Source: Promethearchaeota archaeon
GTDB lineage: Archaea; Asgardarchaeota; Lokiarchaeia; Sigyniarchaeales; SOKP01
Assembly (NCBI GenBank): GCA_048938005.1
Contig: JBHLMQ010000002.1
Span: 107,784 to 171,783 of the forward strand
Direction: 5' to 3'
Length of the DNA: 64,000 nt
In this document: positions 1 to 10,587 of the stretch, in pieces
How positions within the stretch are numbered: position 1 is the first letter of the stretch
Layout of the letters: each line of letters opens with the position of its first letter
Position numbers and translations under genes: made by a program
Notes under the pieces: generated by a model
Database searches by the model: none
What the model saw: only the letters and a program-made list of their open reading frames with translations
Told to the model about the DNA's origin: nothing

Positions 1-2
1 CA

Positions 3-665
3 GATTTCTGTATTTTCAAGATCGATTATTGATTCTTTCTCCTGTTCTCCAATATCAAAAGAAAAAGGATCTTGATCCCTACATAATTTTTTCATTTCTA
101 TAATAGGTTGAATTTCTCCCTTAACAATTAAAATATCATTTATTAACACCTTTTCATCTCTTTCAAAGAGCCATTTATCTTCTCTACGTATTGCTATTAA
201 ATCAACTCCATGTTTAGATCTAAAATGTACATCTTTCCTTGCTTGCCCAATGAACTCACAGCCCTTGTTAACTACAACTTTAACTATAGGTTCAGGTACA
301 TAACTAATATCACTAAATAATTGACTAAAGTAGGAGATATCATTATTGATATATACAACCCTCGCAATATCTGATAATGCGTCAGAAATCTTGTCAATAG
401 CGTAACCCATAACAACGAGGGGTTCTAATTTTTTCGCTCCATTTAGTCCTATTGGATGTGCTTGAATAATTTGGAAATTAAGCAAAAATGTAAGTTCATG
501 AATTCTTTGTTCCATTTTATAGGCTTCATCAGCAAGTTCTTTACTTCCGAACTTAATTGCACTATAAGCCAGATCAATCATTAAATCGATATTTTTTTTC
601 ATTTCCCGAAGTATTTCTCTTAGGGAAAGAGGCTTGTATTTAAATTTTTTACTAGGTTTGGTCAT
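3..665 (-). CDS. PhoU-like + TrkA-C domain protein (3' end runs off window)
   Basis: Not in the ORF track. Manual translation from the ATG at 665 gives MTKPSKKFKYKPLSLREILREMKKNIDLMIDLAYSAI...AIDKISDALSDIA...GVDLIAIRRRDKW...DILIVKG. It stays open to the window edge and lies downstream of the MgtE-domain genes. Confidence 0.8.
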   Translation of the reverse strand, partial: MTKPSKKFKYKPLSLREILREMKKNIDLMIDLAYSAIKFGSKELADEAYKMEQRIHELTFLLNFQIIQAHPIGLNGAKKLEPLVVMGYAIDKISDALSDIARVVYINNDISYFSQLFSDISYVPEPIVKVVVNKGCEFIGQARKDVHFRSKHGVDLIAIRREDKWLFERDEKVLINDILIVKGEIQPIIEMKKLCRDQDPFSFDIGEQEKESIIDLENTEI

Positions 666-702
666 ATAGTCCTATTCACTCACTTTTCATATTAATTTGA
701 TT

Positions 703-1254
703 TTATATAAATATTATTATAAATAAAATTAAGAATAGAGGCGTTAGAAAATCAGCTAAAGATGTAAGAAATGGAATTAAAAAATTATTTGGATCCTTAC
801 CACGCTTATATAAGAAAATAGCGCTAACAAACAATGCTACAAACATTATTATAAAAATCAATAAAACTGTAAGCGTAATAATAAAAATAATTAATAAGGG
901 ATTTACAATCTTAATACCTAAGATGATACTAAATACATATCCTATTAATAACAAGGCTATTAAACTCAATAATAGGGTAATGAGTAATCCTAAAAAGTCT
1001 TCTTTTAATCTATCAGATTTCTGAATTTTTGGAGGTAATGTACCGATATATAGGTGTGTGGTTAATCTCGATACAAGAACAGTTGATATATCACCTATTA
1101 AAGAATTCAAAGCTGGAATTATTAAAAGTAATATTGGAATAGAGGTTAATACGGCTTTATTTGAAGATAATAAAGTACCAGAGACGAGCCCAAACAAAGA
1201 AGACAGAATTACTATGATTATAGATTCTTTAAAAATTTTCATATAATACTTCAT
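703..1254 (-). CDS. MgtE-type divalent cation transporter, membrane domain
   Basis: IPALNSLIGDI and GKDPNNFLIPFLTSLADF match MgtE integral-membrane motifs; about 5 TM helices. Confidence 0.85.
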   Translation of the reverse strand: MKYYMKIFKESIIIVILSSLFGLVSGTLLSSNKAVLTSIPILLLIIPALNSLIGDISTVLVSRLTTHLYIGTLPPKIQKSDRLKEDFLGLLITLLLSLIALLLIGYVFSIILGIKIVNPLLIIFIITLTVLLIFIIMFVALFVSAIFLYKRGKDPNNFLIPFLTSLADFLTPLFLILFIIIFI

Positions 1255-1809
1255 TTAGGGCACCCCTAGCATTATAATAGTTAAGAAAAAGCATAATACA
1301 GTAGAAAAATCGTCAATTGCCGTCATCATGGGATTAACGACGTTATTTGGGTTTAATCCTCTCTTAAAAGCTACATAGTTTAATCCTGTGGAACAAGGAA
1401 TTGAAATAGCGAGTGTTAAGATTGTTGAAATTATAGGAATTATAATTAAATACGGAATGGGAAGAATATATAATTTGAAGAAAACAAAATCTAAGATAAT
1501 AGAGAAGATACCTATGAAAAATGCTGTTATAATTGAGAGTGTATAAGTGGCCAAAACATTTTCAACCCATGTTTTCCTAGAAAAATTTCCAATAACAAAA
1601 TCACGAGATGTTCTAGCTATAAATGGTCCACTTAAATTACCCCTTAAAGATAAAAGAGCCGGAATCATCAATATTAAAACAGGAAAACTATTAAATGGCA
1701 AAATGAGTAATGAAAGTATTATCCCCGCTAAGATATCCCCAATAATAGAGATAACCTCTGATGGGAAGGTTTGTTTAACAATTTTTCCTTTAGAGTCATG
1801 AATCTCCAT
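1255..1809 (-). CDS. MgtE-type divalent cation transporter, membrane domain (paralog)
   Basis: IPALLSLRGNL and GLNPNNVVNPMMTAIDD motifs; abuts 703..1254. Confidence 0.85.
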   Translation of the reverse strand: MEIHDSKGKIVKQTFPSEVISIIGDILAGIILSLLILPFNSFPVLILMIPALLSLRGNLSGPFIARTSRDFVIGNFSRKTWVENVLATYTLSIITAFFIGIFSIILDFVFFKLYILPIPYLIIIPIISTILTLAISIPCSTGLNYVAFKRGLNPNNVVNPMMTAIDDFSTVLCFFLTIIMLGVP

Positions 1810-2200
1810 ATACCATCCTCATCAGAATCCGTTGAATTAATATTATTTTCTTGAAACATTTCTTAATATAAAGTGATTTATTTTCCTTCTATTATTTATA
1901 TTATCTATAATTATATTTAAGAATTTAGTTATACCTAATTCATTAGAATAATTTTTAAACTTATGATTCAATTTTAAATAACAGGGTAGTTTTATTAACC
2001 ATAATTATAGTTTTTAAATTCGATGGGATTATTTTTAAGGTTAAGAGACTCTAGAAAGATCTAATTAATTTTACAGATATTCTTTTGCTAATTATATCCA
2101 TAAATGATATCTAATTAAACTTAAACAAATTTTATATGAATTCTTAATTAATAATTATTTAATTTTAATGAAAATATGAAATTTTAAGAGAGAAAGTTTA

Positions 2201-3853
2201 TTGAGCCTCTGGATTCCTGTAGCAAAAAATGAAATTCGGTTAAAAACAAGTCGATTTAGGAAAAATCGGAAATTATTCTTTATTGTAATTTTTTCAATAT
2301 TTTTATTATGGTCATCATATTTAGGACCAATTTTAATTGATGCAATATTGCCAGAAATTATAAAAATATTTTCCTCCAACTATGTAGGAATAATTATTCC
2401 ATTAATTGAGTATACTTTTAGTACCTTATTTTTAATGTATGTAATGTATCCTCTCTTTATTCTTTTTAGAAAAGCAGAAATTGGTTACAAAGAGATCATA
2501 TTAGCATCTCCAATAAAACGCAGTGATATTATTCTTGGTGAATTTATAGGGCGTTTGCCTTTTTACGCTTTACTTATTCTAGGAATTGGTCCATTTGGTA
2601 TAACATTGATATTACAGATTAATCCAGAAATGAATATTTTCCATTATCTCATTTTTTATTTAATTTTTTTTTCATTATCAATTTTTGGATCATTTATTGG
2701 AACAATTTTAGCCAATTGGGTTGAATTCAGAATAGCTAGGAGCGAGAAGATAAAAGAATTAAGGAGTATCTTTTTAATCTTATTGGCAATTTTAGTTTTA
2801 ATAATATTTTATTCTTTTCAATATTTATTTGGTCTATTTAGGACTTATCCAGAATTTAAAAACTTTCTACTTTTTTATCCATCTTTATGGTATTCAAATA
2901 TAATTCTATACCTTATTGATCCTAAGTTTATAGAATTATCTTTGTTTAATATTTGGGTAAATATTGGTCTCGCTATTATAATTCCTCTTTTATCTTTCTA
3001 TTTTTTCTATAAAATAAGTAATTATACTTATGATTTAAATTTTGAATTTAATAAAAAATTTAAAATCATTCATAAGGAGCATAAATTCTACAATTTTATT
3101 AAAAGAATTACGCATAAGAACTACAAAGGATTGGTCGTTATCCATTTTAAAGAATTTTTTCGGAAAAAGCAGAATAAAGTAAAATTAGTCTATATTATTG
3201 GAGTTATTTCAATGTTTAGCATTTTTTTATATTTAGCTTTAGAAAATCAGCCGTTTGTTTTTGAAACGAGTTTCTTAGGTATTCCTATAATTATTCAAAT
3301 CATACTAAATCAAAATGTTTTAATGTTACTTATTTCATGGATGGGAAGTTTTATTTTTGGAATTTTAATGGGAATGTCTGCTTTTGTTGATTCTAAAGAT
3401 GTATTATTTGTTTATAAAAAATCACCAATGGGTCTAAAAGCATTTCTTCAATCTTATTTATACGAAATGGTATATATTTTACTTTTGATAGATATTTTCT
3501 TTACAATCCTTTTCACATTCATTTTTATTCTCGAGATATTAGTTTCATTAACTTTTTTTTTCATATTTATGATAAATAGCATTATTATCATTATTCAAGC
3601 AATAGGGATTCAATGTATCAGACCTTTATTCGAGGAACGTCGTAAAAATATGATTTTTAACAATTATTATTTACTTGCCCTACAAGTTCTTTCTTTATTT
3701 ATAACTCTCTATTTAATTATCCCCGTTATGATAGGTACAATTGATACTTCTTCTGGTCTTTTTCTTATACTTCTAATTAATATTGGTATATCCACAGGAT
3801 TAGCATCATTAATATTTTCATTTGGGATTCATAATTTAAAGAAAATTGAATAA
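2201..3853 (+). CDS. Multi-pass membrane protein, ABC exporter permease-like
   Basis: Two halves, each starting with a K-N/H-E-x-R/K-like motif (VAKNEIR; IHFKEFFRK). Contains ILASPIKRSDIILGEF, typical of ABC-2 permeases. TTG start. Confidence 0.65.
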   Translation: MSLWIPVAKNEIRLKTSRFRKNRKLFFIVIFSIFLLWSSYLGPILIDAILPEIIKIFSSNYVGIIIPLIEYTFSTLFLMYVMYPLFILFRKAEIGYKEIILASPIKRSDIILGEFIGRLPFYALLILGIGPFGITLILQINPEMNIFHYLIFYLIFFSLSIFGSFIGTILANWVEFRIARSEKIKELRSIFLILLAILVLIIFYSFQYLFGLFRTYPEFKNFLLFYPSLWYSNIILYLIDPKFIELSLFNIWVNIGLAIIIPLLSFYFFYKISNYTYDLNFEFNKKFKIIHKEHKFYNFIKRITHKNYKGLVVIHFKEFFRKKQNKVKLVYIIGVISMFSIFLYLALENQPFVFETSFLGIPIIIQIILNQNVLMLLISWMGSFIFGILMGMSAFVDSKDVLFVYKKSPMGLKAFLQSYLYEMVYILLLIDIFFTILFTFIFILEILVSLTFFFIFMINSIIIIIQAIGIQCIRPLFEERRKNMIFNNYYLLALQVLSLFITLYLIIPVMIGTIDTSSGLFLILLINIGISTGLASLIFSFGIHNLKKIE

Positions 3854-3855
3854 AC

Positions 3856-4131
3856 CTATTTAAAATCCTTTTTAATACCCCAAATTTTTTTCAGTCCTTT
3901 GATTAAAATATGTATTGCTAAAGGAACTAGTAATAAGAAGAAGCCTAGGGGATTAATGAAAATATTTTTAATAAATGTTGAGAGAACTTCAAATGGATCG
4001 AAAAAAAATAATTGGATTATGAAAAATAAATAAATAGCAGCACCAAAAACGAGAAAAAAAGTATTTGCTTTTATTGTTGATAAATATATTAAAATAATAA
4101 TTAAAAAAAGAAAAGATTCAAGAATTTCCAT
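3856..4131 (-). CDS. Small membrane protein
   Basis: 91 aa with three hydrophobic segments and a basic C-terminus. Confidence 0.55.
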   Translation of the reverse strand: MEILESFLFLIIILIYLSTIKANTFFLVFGAAIYLFFIIQLFFFDPFEVLSTFIKNIFINPLGFFLLLVPLAIHILIKGLKKIWGIKKDFK

Positions 4132-4188
4132 TTTAGCAAAAAAATCTATGTTTTAAAATATATAAAAAAAAAGGATTTAAAAATTTGA

Positions 4189-5034
4189 TTAACTTATTCT
4201 TTTCTTTCTCTTTGTATAATAGATTAAACCTATTACAGCACTAGTAGTAATTATTAAAATGATTGAAAGCTCATATCCGAAAATTTCTTCTTCTGCGAAT
4301 CCTACGGTTATAATGGTTGCTCCACCATACTTAATGAGAGCATCACTAAGAACCCCATTAGCATTATATCTAACCGTGGCATCTACTTCACCAAAAGTTC
4401 CATTGAATATATAGTTGCTAACGTTAAATTCAAAGTATCCACCGGGATAATTAACATTCATTCCATTTTCTAGCGCAGTTATCGAAATGTTTCCTGGAAT
4501 CTCCGGAACCATTGATTTAAGAGTATTAATTTCATCTTCAAGTATTGTCCAATTCATATTCATTGGCATAAACAAGCCCCCGATGGTTCCATTAGGAAAA
4601 AAAACGCCACTTGCAAGATCCATGATTCCTCCTGTGTAGTTATCTTGGAACTTCACAATAATATGGTTAAATTCTGCAATATCCTCAATTGTAGTAGTTC
4701 CTGGAAAAACTAAAGAAAGCGAGCATAAAACGTTTACGTATTTTGTACCCATAAAATCCATTTCGTCTGAAACAGATTTAACGTTTACTTTAACATTAAT
4801 ACTTGCAGAACCAACAAAATAAGTTGAATAATCAGGGGGCATCTCACCAGTTATATTTAAGTCTTCATATAAATCTAGTAAAGGCTCTGCGTTTACTGTA
4901 ATTTTCCATGTAAAGCTATCACCAGCGCTTACTCCTACCCAATCAGGTGGAAGAGCATTAGAAACATTTATAGATGATAAAAATAATAAACAACCGACTA
5001 TACTAATACCGATTAATTTAATCTTATTCTTCAT
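4189..5034 (-). CDS. Secreted/surface protein with Loki-CTERM-like C-terminal anchor
   Basis: N-terminal signal peptide. Ends EEIFGYELSIILIITTSAVIGLIYYTKRKKRIS. Several N-x-S/T sequons. Confidence 0.75.
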   Translation of the reverse strand: MKNKIKLIGISIVGCLLFLSSINVSNALPPDWVGVSAGDSFTWKITVNAEPLLDLYEDLNITGEMPPDYSTYFVGSASINVKVNVKSVSDEMDFMGTKYVNVLCSLSLVFPGTTTIEDIAEFNHIIVKFQDNYTGGIMDLASGVFFPNGTIGGLFMPMNMNWTILEDEINTLKSMVPEIPGNISITALENGMNVNYPGGYFEFNVSNYIFNGTFGEVDATVRYNANGVLSDALIKYGGATIITVGFAEEEIFGYELSIILIITTSAVIGLIYYTKRKKRIS

Positions 5035-5277
5035 ATTATATTCTCATCCTCTATTTTTAAAGAAATTAAAAAAGTTACAATTATAATTTCAATACAATTA
5101 TTTAAATCTATCATTGAATTTGCTGCTTCTTCTTAATATCAATTCTTTATATATATAAAGCTATAAAAATATATTTATATTATACAATTATTTGATTCTA
5201 ATAAAACAGTTTTATTAGTACCTTGATATCAAATTTCATTTTTAAAGATAATTTAAATTGGATTACTATTAATATAA

Positions 5278-5991
5278 TTGATAATGAAATTTTCAAGATA
5301 TGAATCAAGATTTAAAGCGGGAGAAATATTAGCAGATTTTGTTTTTAATAAGGATAAAACCCTTGGTATACATGTTTTTGATGATCCAAATCAATTTTTT
5401 TGCTTTGCGATTCCTAATGGAGGGATCCCTGTTGTTGAAGGATTTTGTTTTAAATTGAATATTAATTATGATATATTAATTGTACGTAAAATTAAAATAC
5501 CATTTAATACTGAAGCAGGTTTTGGATCAGTCACTCCCGATGGGACTATATTAATAAATCAATCTCTGCTATACCATTTAAACTTATCCCAAAAGGCAAT
5601 CAATGATTCTATAGAGTTAACTAAACAAGAAATCAAAGAGAGACTTAAATTTTATGAAAAAGATTTAAAACTTGAGAATTTTTATGAGGAATGTATCTAT
5701 AATAAACACATTTTCATTCTAGATGATGGGCTAGCCTCAGGTTTTACAATGTTAGCTGCAATAAGCATGATAAAAAAATATCATCCAAAAAAGGTCTTTA
5801 TTGCTGTTCCAACAGCTCCTCTTAGAACCGTTAAAAAAATTAAAGAAAATGTTGATGATGTTTTTTGCCCAAATATTAGAGAGGTTCTGTGGTTTGCTGT
5901 TGCAGATGCATATAAAAATTGGTACGATGTACCTGAATCTGAAGTTGTAGAAATTTTAAATAATTCAAAATACTATGTGCAAAATATATAA
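5278..5991 (+). CDS. Phosphoribosyltransferase family protein
   Basis: AIPNGGIPV, IVRKIKIPFNTEAGFG and the PRPP loop ILDDGLASGFTM. Confidence 0.9.
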   Translation: MIMKFSRYESRFKAGEILADFVFNKDKTLGIHVFDDPNQFFCFAIPNGGIPVVEGFCFKLNINYDILIVRKIKIPFNTEAGFGSVTPDGTILINQSLLYHLNLSQKAINDSIELTKQEIKERLKFYEKDLKLENFYEECIYNKHIFILDDGLASGFTMLAAISMIKKYHPKKVFIAVPTAPLRTVKKIKENVDDVFCPNIREVLWFAVADAYKNWYDVPESEVVEILNNSKYYVQNI

Positions 5992-6047
5992 AAAATAATA
6001 GTATTTAGAGAGAATTCATTCAGTAAAAAAAACTAAGATTTAGAAAG

Positions 6048-7430
6048 ATGCATATTGAATTAAAAGAATTCCTAAAATCAAATAAACGTCTGGTAATTAT
6101 TTATTTTGGTTCTTTTAGTATACAAATTATAGTATTTTTAATAATTCAAGTTTTTGATTGGACCTCCCAGGAATCGTTAAATTCTTCATGGTTTAATCTA
6201 TTGATGAATACAGTGGAACCATATTCAGATTACAAATTTTGGTATCAAGGTTTTGCCAAACAGTTTATTTATGATGATTGGTTACCATACATTCAACAAT
6301 TTGAAGACCCTTCTAAATACCGAAATATTTTTGAGTACATTTTAGTTATTATTCTCGGAAATGGGCAGTTAAATTTCATTTATCCCCCTTTCTTTTTTTA
6401 TAGCATAATTATTCCAGCATTAATCAGTATAGATTTAGTGTTTCTTCCTTTATTATTAGCAAATCTTTTATTACCATTTATAATTTATAAATTTCTTAAT
6501 AATTTTTATGGAAAAAATATAGCAGAATGGGGTTTTATCACTACAACCTTATGTCCCCTTTCAATTTTTTATAATGGGGGGTTATTACTAAATACATCTT
6601 ATATAACTCTTTTTTTCGTTCTGGCATTATATTTTATTTCAATTAATAGATTTACATCAGCAACAGTCTTTTTAGCTATCTCTTTTCTTTTTAAACAAAC
6701 AGCTATTTTTTTTATTCCTCCAATTTTAGCATACATAATCTTAAAACATAAGTCAAGTGAAAATAAAATTGGGTTTCTTAGCTATACCAAAAGCTTCCTT
6801 AAATATACAGGAATATTGGTGGCAATAATATTATTGGGATCATTACCATGGATTATTATTACTCCAAAAAATTATATTGAGGCGTTACTTGTCAATCAAT
6901 CTATAACTTTTTATCCTGTATTTATTAATCCATGGTATAATTTTCCAGTACATTGGTATAGCTTTTTGATTGGATTAGGTGCTCCATATTGGTTATTGTA
7001 TATCTTAGGTTTTCTCACCTTTACTTTTATAGGGATAATACTTATGGAAATAATTGTTTTATTTTTATTGTTTAAGTGGCACCATAATGATGAATTGAAT
7101 TGGAAGAAATTAATTGATGTGATCATTTATGTAGCTTTTATAAGTCATCTTTTCCTTCCAAGGGGAGTATATAAATATTACTTTACTTTTCACGTCCCTC
7201 TTGTCATTCTTTGGATTTGCGTTCATTTCAATGACATTTTATCTAGTGATAGAAGTAAACAACTAAATTGGAGGTTAATATTCATACTTGGTTCTCTTAT
7301 AATTATAATCATACCACGTTTGTATTATTTGATAATAATTTGGTTAATTCTTGCTTTTATAATTAAAACAAATTTAAATCTCAGAAAACAAGAAATCCCA
7401 TTAAAAATGGAAAACCTAGATTTAAATTAA
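6048..7430 (+). CDS. GT-C fold membrane glycosyltransferase (GT87/PIG-M-like)
   Basis: Multi-TM protein with YSDY, FIYPPFF and FLFKQ motifs. Confidence 0.7.
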   Translation: MHIELKEFLKSNKRLVIIYFGSFSIQIIVFLIIQVFDWTSQESLNSSWFNLLMNTVEPYSDYKFWYQGFAKQFIYDDWLPYIQQFEDPSKYRNIFEYILVIILGNGQLNFIYPPFFFYSIIIPALISIDLVFLPLLLANLLLPFIIYKFLNNFYGKNIAEWGFITTTLCPLSIFYNGGLLLNTSYITLFFVLALYFISINRFTSATVFLAISFLFKQTAIFFIPPILAYIILKHKSSENKIGFLSYTKSFLKYTGILVAIILLGSLPWIIITPKNYIEALLVNQSITFYPVFINPWYNFPVHWYSFLIGLGAPYWLLYILGFLTFTFIGIILMEIIVLFLLFKWHHNDELNWKKLIDVIIYVAFISHLFLPRGVYKYYFTFHVPLVILWICVHFNDILSSDRSKQLNWRLIFILGSLIIIIIPRLYYLIIIWLILAFIIKTNLNLRKQEIPLKMENLDLN

Positions 7431-7513
7431 ATTAAAAATTAGAAACTATACTTTTACATAAAACATGATATATTTCAAGTTTAATATAAATACCTTATTT
7501 AAACTAGACTTTT

Positions 7514-8875
7514 TTATCTAACCAATAAATCAGTTTGATATTTTTCTTTTTTTAAAAAAAAATGAAGAATATTAATCAAACTTATAATAATTAGTATTGA
7601 ACTAAACAAAATTAGACTATATAGATTACTTATTATTGATTCAAGATTAAAAATAATAATAATTAAAGCATATATAAGCAGGCTAAAACTTAGTATTAAT
7701 ATTGATTTATGTGTTTTACTCTCTCTCCTAAAAAATCTTCCTAATAAGTAAAAAGGGAAGGCTAATCCAATAGATCCAATAACTATCAGTGGAATAAAGA
7801 TTAAATAAAGTTCAATTCTCGATTGAAGTGAGAAATACACAATAATCCTATAATAGAATACATCAACTACAAGCTGATGAAATAAAAATAACTCAAGAGT
7901 CTCTTTTCCAGGAATCTCAAGCATTTTATTGATTTTTGTTGTATATTTAAAGAACCAAATTGAAAAGATAACAAAGGAAATTGTTATTAACGGATGATAT
8001 AAAATCCTAATAAAATCTAAAAGAGTGTAATTTGTTATTGGGAAAAAAAAGTAAAACAATATAATAATAATTAATGATACAAGCGCAGTTAATCCAACAC
8101 CATTTTTCTGTAAAATATTTATAGATTTATTAGGATTTTTCCCTATCCAAAAACCTAGCAACATTCCAAAAAGAAAAACGAAAAATCGAAGCGCAAATAA
8201 ACTATAATACCATAAAAAGTCTAGTTTTGGGGGTAATTGAGTAACTAAATCTTTAGATATTTCAAAAATAGTGTTGGCAAATACGTTAGCAAAGAAAAGA
8301 TAACATATAAAAAGCAAAATACCCAAAAATGCTGTTAATTTAACATTTTTTTTTATGCATAAATAAAATAGTGGGAAGAGTAGATAACAGCTTAAAATTA
8401 ATGTGATATACCAATGGGGTGGAGCGATAATAAAAAAATTAGGGTTAGTTGGAATAGATTGTAATCCACTCATATGAATTAATATTGAATTGGCATCAAA
8501 ATTTTCATTAAAAAGATAATAATTACTAATTAAAAAGAAGAATGTAGATATAATCAGTAGTGGGTAAATTCTAACAATTCTTCTTTTATACCATTTTTTC
8601 CAAGAATGTTCTTTCTTATTACTTCTCATTACTCCGATAGTTAATAACATACCACTCAAAAATATAAAAATATCTCCGGTGCTTTCAATAATTTCGAAAA
8701 AGGTACGTATGAATATATTCGAATGATCTTTAATATCAGAAAGCTGCCCTATATGCCATATTATTATTCCTATGATTGCTATGGCTTGTATGGAAGTAAT
8801 ACTTCGAAAAAAGCTTTCTAATTTTGCTTCATTCCTTTTATTGTGGATTAACATTTGATTCTTGTTATTTTCCAT
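7514..8875 (-). CDS. Acyltransferase-3 family membrane O-acyltransferase
   Basis: IIIWH, DIFIFLSGML, KRRIVRIYP, WYITL and LFLFHQ motifs. Confidence 0.9.
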   Translation of the reverse strand: MENNKNQMLIHNKRNEAKLESFFRSITSIQAIAIIGIIIWHIGQLSDIKDHSNIFIRTFFEIIESTGDIFIFLSGMLLTIGVMRSNKKEHSWKKWYKRRIVRIYPLLIISTFFFLISNYYLFNENFDANSILIHMSGLQSIPTNPNFFIIAPPHWYITLILSCYLLFPLFYLCIKKNVKLTAFLGILLFICYLFFANVFANTIFEISKDLVTQLPPKLDFLWYYSLFALRFFVFLFGMLLGFWIGKNPNKSINILQKNGVGLTALVSLIIIILFYFFFPITNYTLLDFIRILYHPLITISFVIFSIWFFKYTTKINKMLEIPGKETLELFLFHQLVVDVFYYRIIVYFSLQSRIELYLIFIPLIVIGSIGLAFPFYLLGRFFRRESKTHKSILILSFSLLIYALIIIIFNLESIISNLYSLILFSSILIIISLINILHFFLKKEKYQTDLLVR

Positions 8876-9052
8876 CTATTTAACTTAATTATAATGAGTT
8901 TTGAATTAGTAATAGTAATTAGATGTTTAAATAATTTGTTGAGCTTGAAAATGTTAAAATCACATTTTATAGCATTAACTGGGAGTTAGGCTAAAGGTAG
9001 AAATTACAGAAAGGAGGTTTAATAAAAGAAAAGTAAAAAAAAATTTTATAAT

Positions 9053-9319
9053 TTAAGCGCTAATCAAACGGAATAATATTGAAGCATGAGGAATATAGAA
9101 CTCATCTCTTTTCTTTATCACAACAGTGTGAAAATATTCAGCAAGCCCCAGAAATCCACGAATTACTGACTCATCTTCTTCAAATCTAAAAATTACAGCG
9201 GCTATAGCAGATCCCGTATTGAAACTAACCTTATCATATACTCTTTCATCGATTAGAGGGATTTTTAATTCGTTGACAATTTCATAAACCCGTTTAATGA
9301 AGAGTTCTCGCTTAGGCAT
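9053..9319 (-). CDS. Hypothetical protein (88 aa)
   Basis: Clean ATG ORF with globular composition, divergent from the proline-rich gene. Confidence 0.7.
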   Translation of the reverse strand: MPKRELFIKRVYEIVNELKIPLIDERVYDKVSFNTGSAIAAVIFRFEEDESVIRGFLGLAEYFHTVVIKKRDEFYIPHASILFRLISA

Positions 9320-9613
9320 TTTTCATAAACCTTTTTAATTTATTCTATTCTAAAGAATTTTTTAGAAAATTGAATTTTTAATAATTTTTAAACTTACTAA
9401 TGAAATATGTTATATAATATTATTAGTTTAAGTTTTTTAATAATTAACGTTTTTCTAGATGTAGATAATATTGGGATTTATAGACTCAATTAAGAATGGA
9501 ATAAAAATATAAATACATATTAATATATTTTATATAATTAAAATATAAAGATTATAAATAGTAATTTTAATTTTAATCAATTTTTCAATAATATTAGAGG
9601 AATTGAGTAGAAC

Positions 9614-10309
9614 GTGGTCTCAAAAGAACAGAAGAAAATTGAACGAGTTATAAACTTTATGAAAAAGGGTTTAAATTCTCTTGCTGATGATCTGGAAGAA
9701 ACAGTTAAGGGAATTAATGATTTTATCAAATCTTTAGCAAAGGCTCAGAAGGATTTGAAGGAAGTTTCTGTTGGTGAAGAAGTTTTAACCGTTAGTACTT
9801 CCTCTAAAAAAATTGTTGCAGCAACTGATGGTCAAGCTAAAACAGCTGCTGCTAGTACATTATTTAGTTTATTAAGTACTAGCGGAGGTGCTGGAGCTCC
9901 AGTACCTGCAGCTGCTCCTGCAACAACACTCCCAGCAGCACCCGCACCCCCAGGTGCTGGGCCTCCATCTGCGCCAAAACCCCCTAGCGCAGGACCACCT
10001 ACAAAAGCTGGGCCACCAACTGCACCACCAAGTAGTGTTGGGCCTCCAAGAAAGCCTGGTTTACCACCAGCTCCAAAATTACCTCCAACAGGCGGTGCAC
10101 CCCCTGTAGCACCAAGTGCAAGCCCCCCAAAAGCCCCTAGTGGACCAACAAGCGCGAGTCCCCCAAGTGCCCCAGCATTTGCAAAAAGACCACCTGCACC
10201 AGCGGCAGCACCAACAACAGCGGTTAAAGTAGGAGGAGGGTTGGGATCTCTTCGAGACGAAATGTTAGACGAATTAAATCGTCTAAAGAAAATTATGAGA
10301 GGCGAATAA
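9614..10309 (+). CDS. Coiled-coil + proline-rich protein with C-terminal WH2-like/VASP-like helix
   Basis: GTG start after GAGG. N-terminal heptad helices, about 115 aa Pro/Ala/Gly-rich tract, and the end GGGLGSLRDEMLDELNRLKKIMRGE. Confidence 0.8.
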   Translation: MVSKEQKKIERVINFMKKGLNSLADDLEETVKGINDFIKSLAKAQKDLKEVSVGEEVLTVSTSSKKIVAATDGQAKTAAASTLFSLLSTSGGAGAPVPAAAPATTLPAAPAPPGAGPPSAPKPPSAGPPTKAGPPTAPPSSVGPPRKPGLPPAPKLPPTGGAPPVAPSASPPKAPSGPTSASPPSAPAFAKRPPAPAAAPTTAVKVGGGLGSLRDEMLDELNRLKKIMRGE

Positions 10310-10316
10310 CGGCCCC

Positions 10317-10352
10317 TAAGATTTTTAATCTTCATTTTTCCTTAAAATCTTA
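10317..10352 (+). terminator. Inverted repeat after the proline-rich gene (possible terminator)
   Basis: TAAGATTTT ... AAAATCTTA arms just after the stop codon, in T-rich context. Confidence 0.3.
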
Positions 10353-10587
10353 TTTCTATTATTTAGATATAGAGAGGATAAAAGATATAGAGATATTACG
10401 CGCAAATGTGATAATATTATCTTAAAAAGACTTCGATTTCTACTTTTTTTGTATTAAGTGAATTTATTATCCATTAAAGATTCTATTAGCATAGAAGTAG
10501 GAAGGTTTTTTTAGTAAATAAAATAATATATTAGATAGTGTCATTTTGGGTAGTTATCTTATTAATTAATTTGAAGTATAATAAAGT

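Noticed and set aside
9832-10335. 167-aa Gly/Ala-rich ORF on the minus strand, and the 73-aa +frame ORF 9888..10109
   Set aside because: Shadows of the CCN/GCN-rich proline gene. The local GC rise is explained by amino-acid composition, not an RNA gene or foreign DNA.
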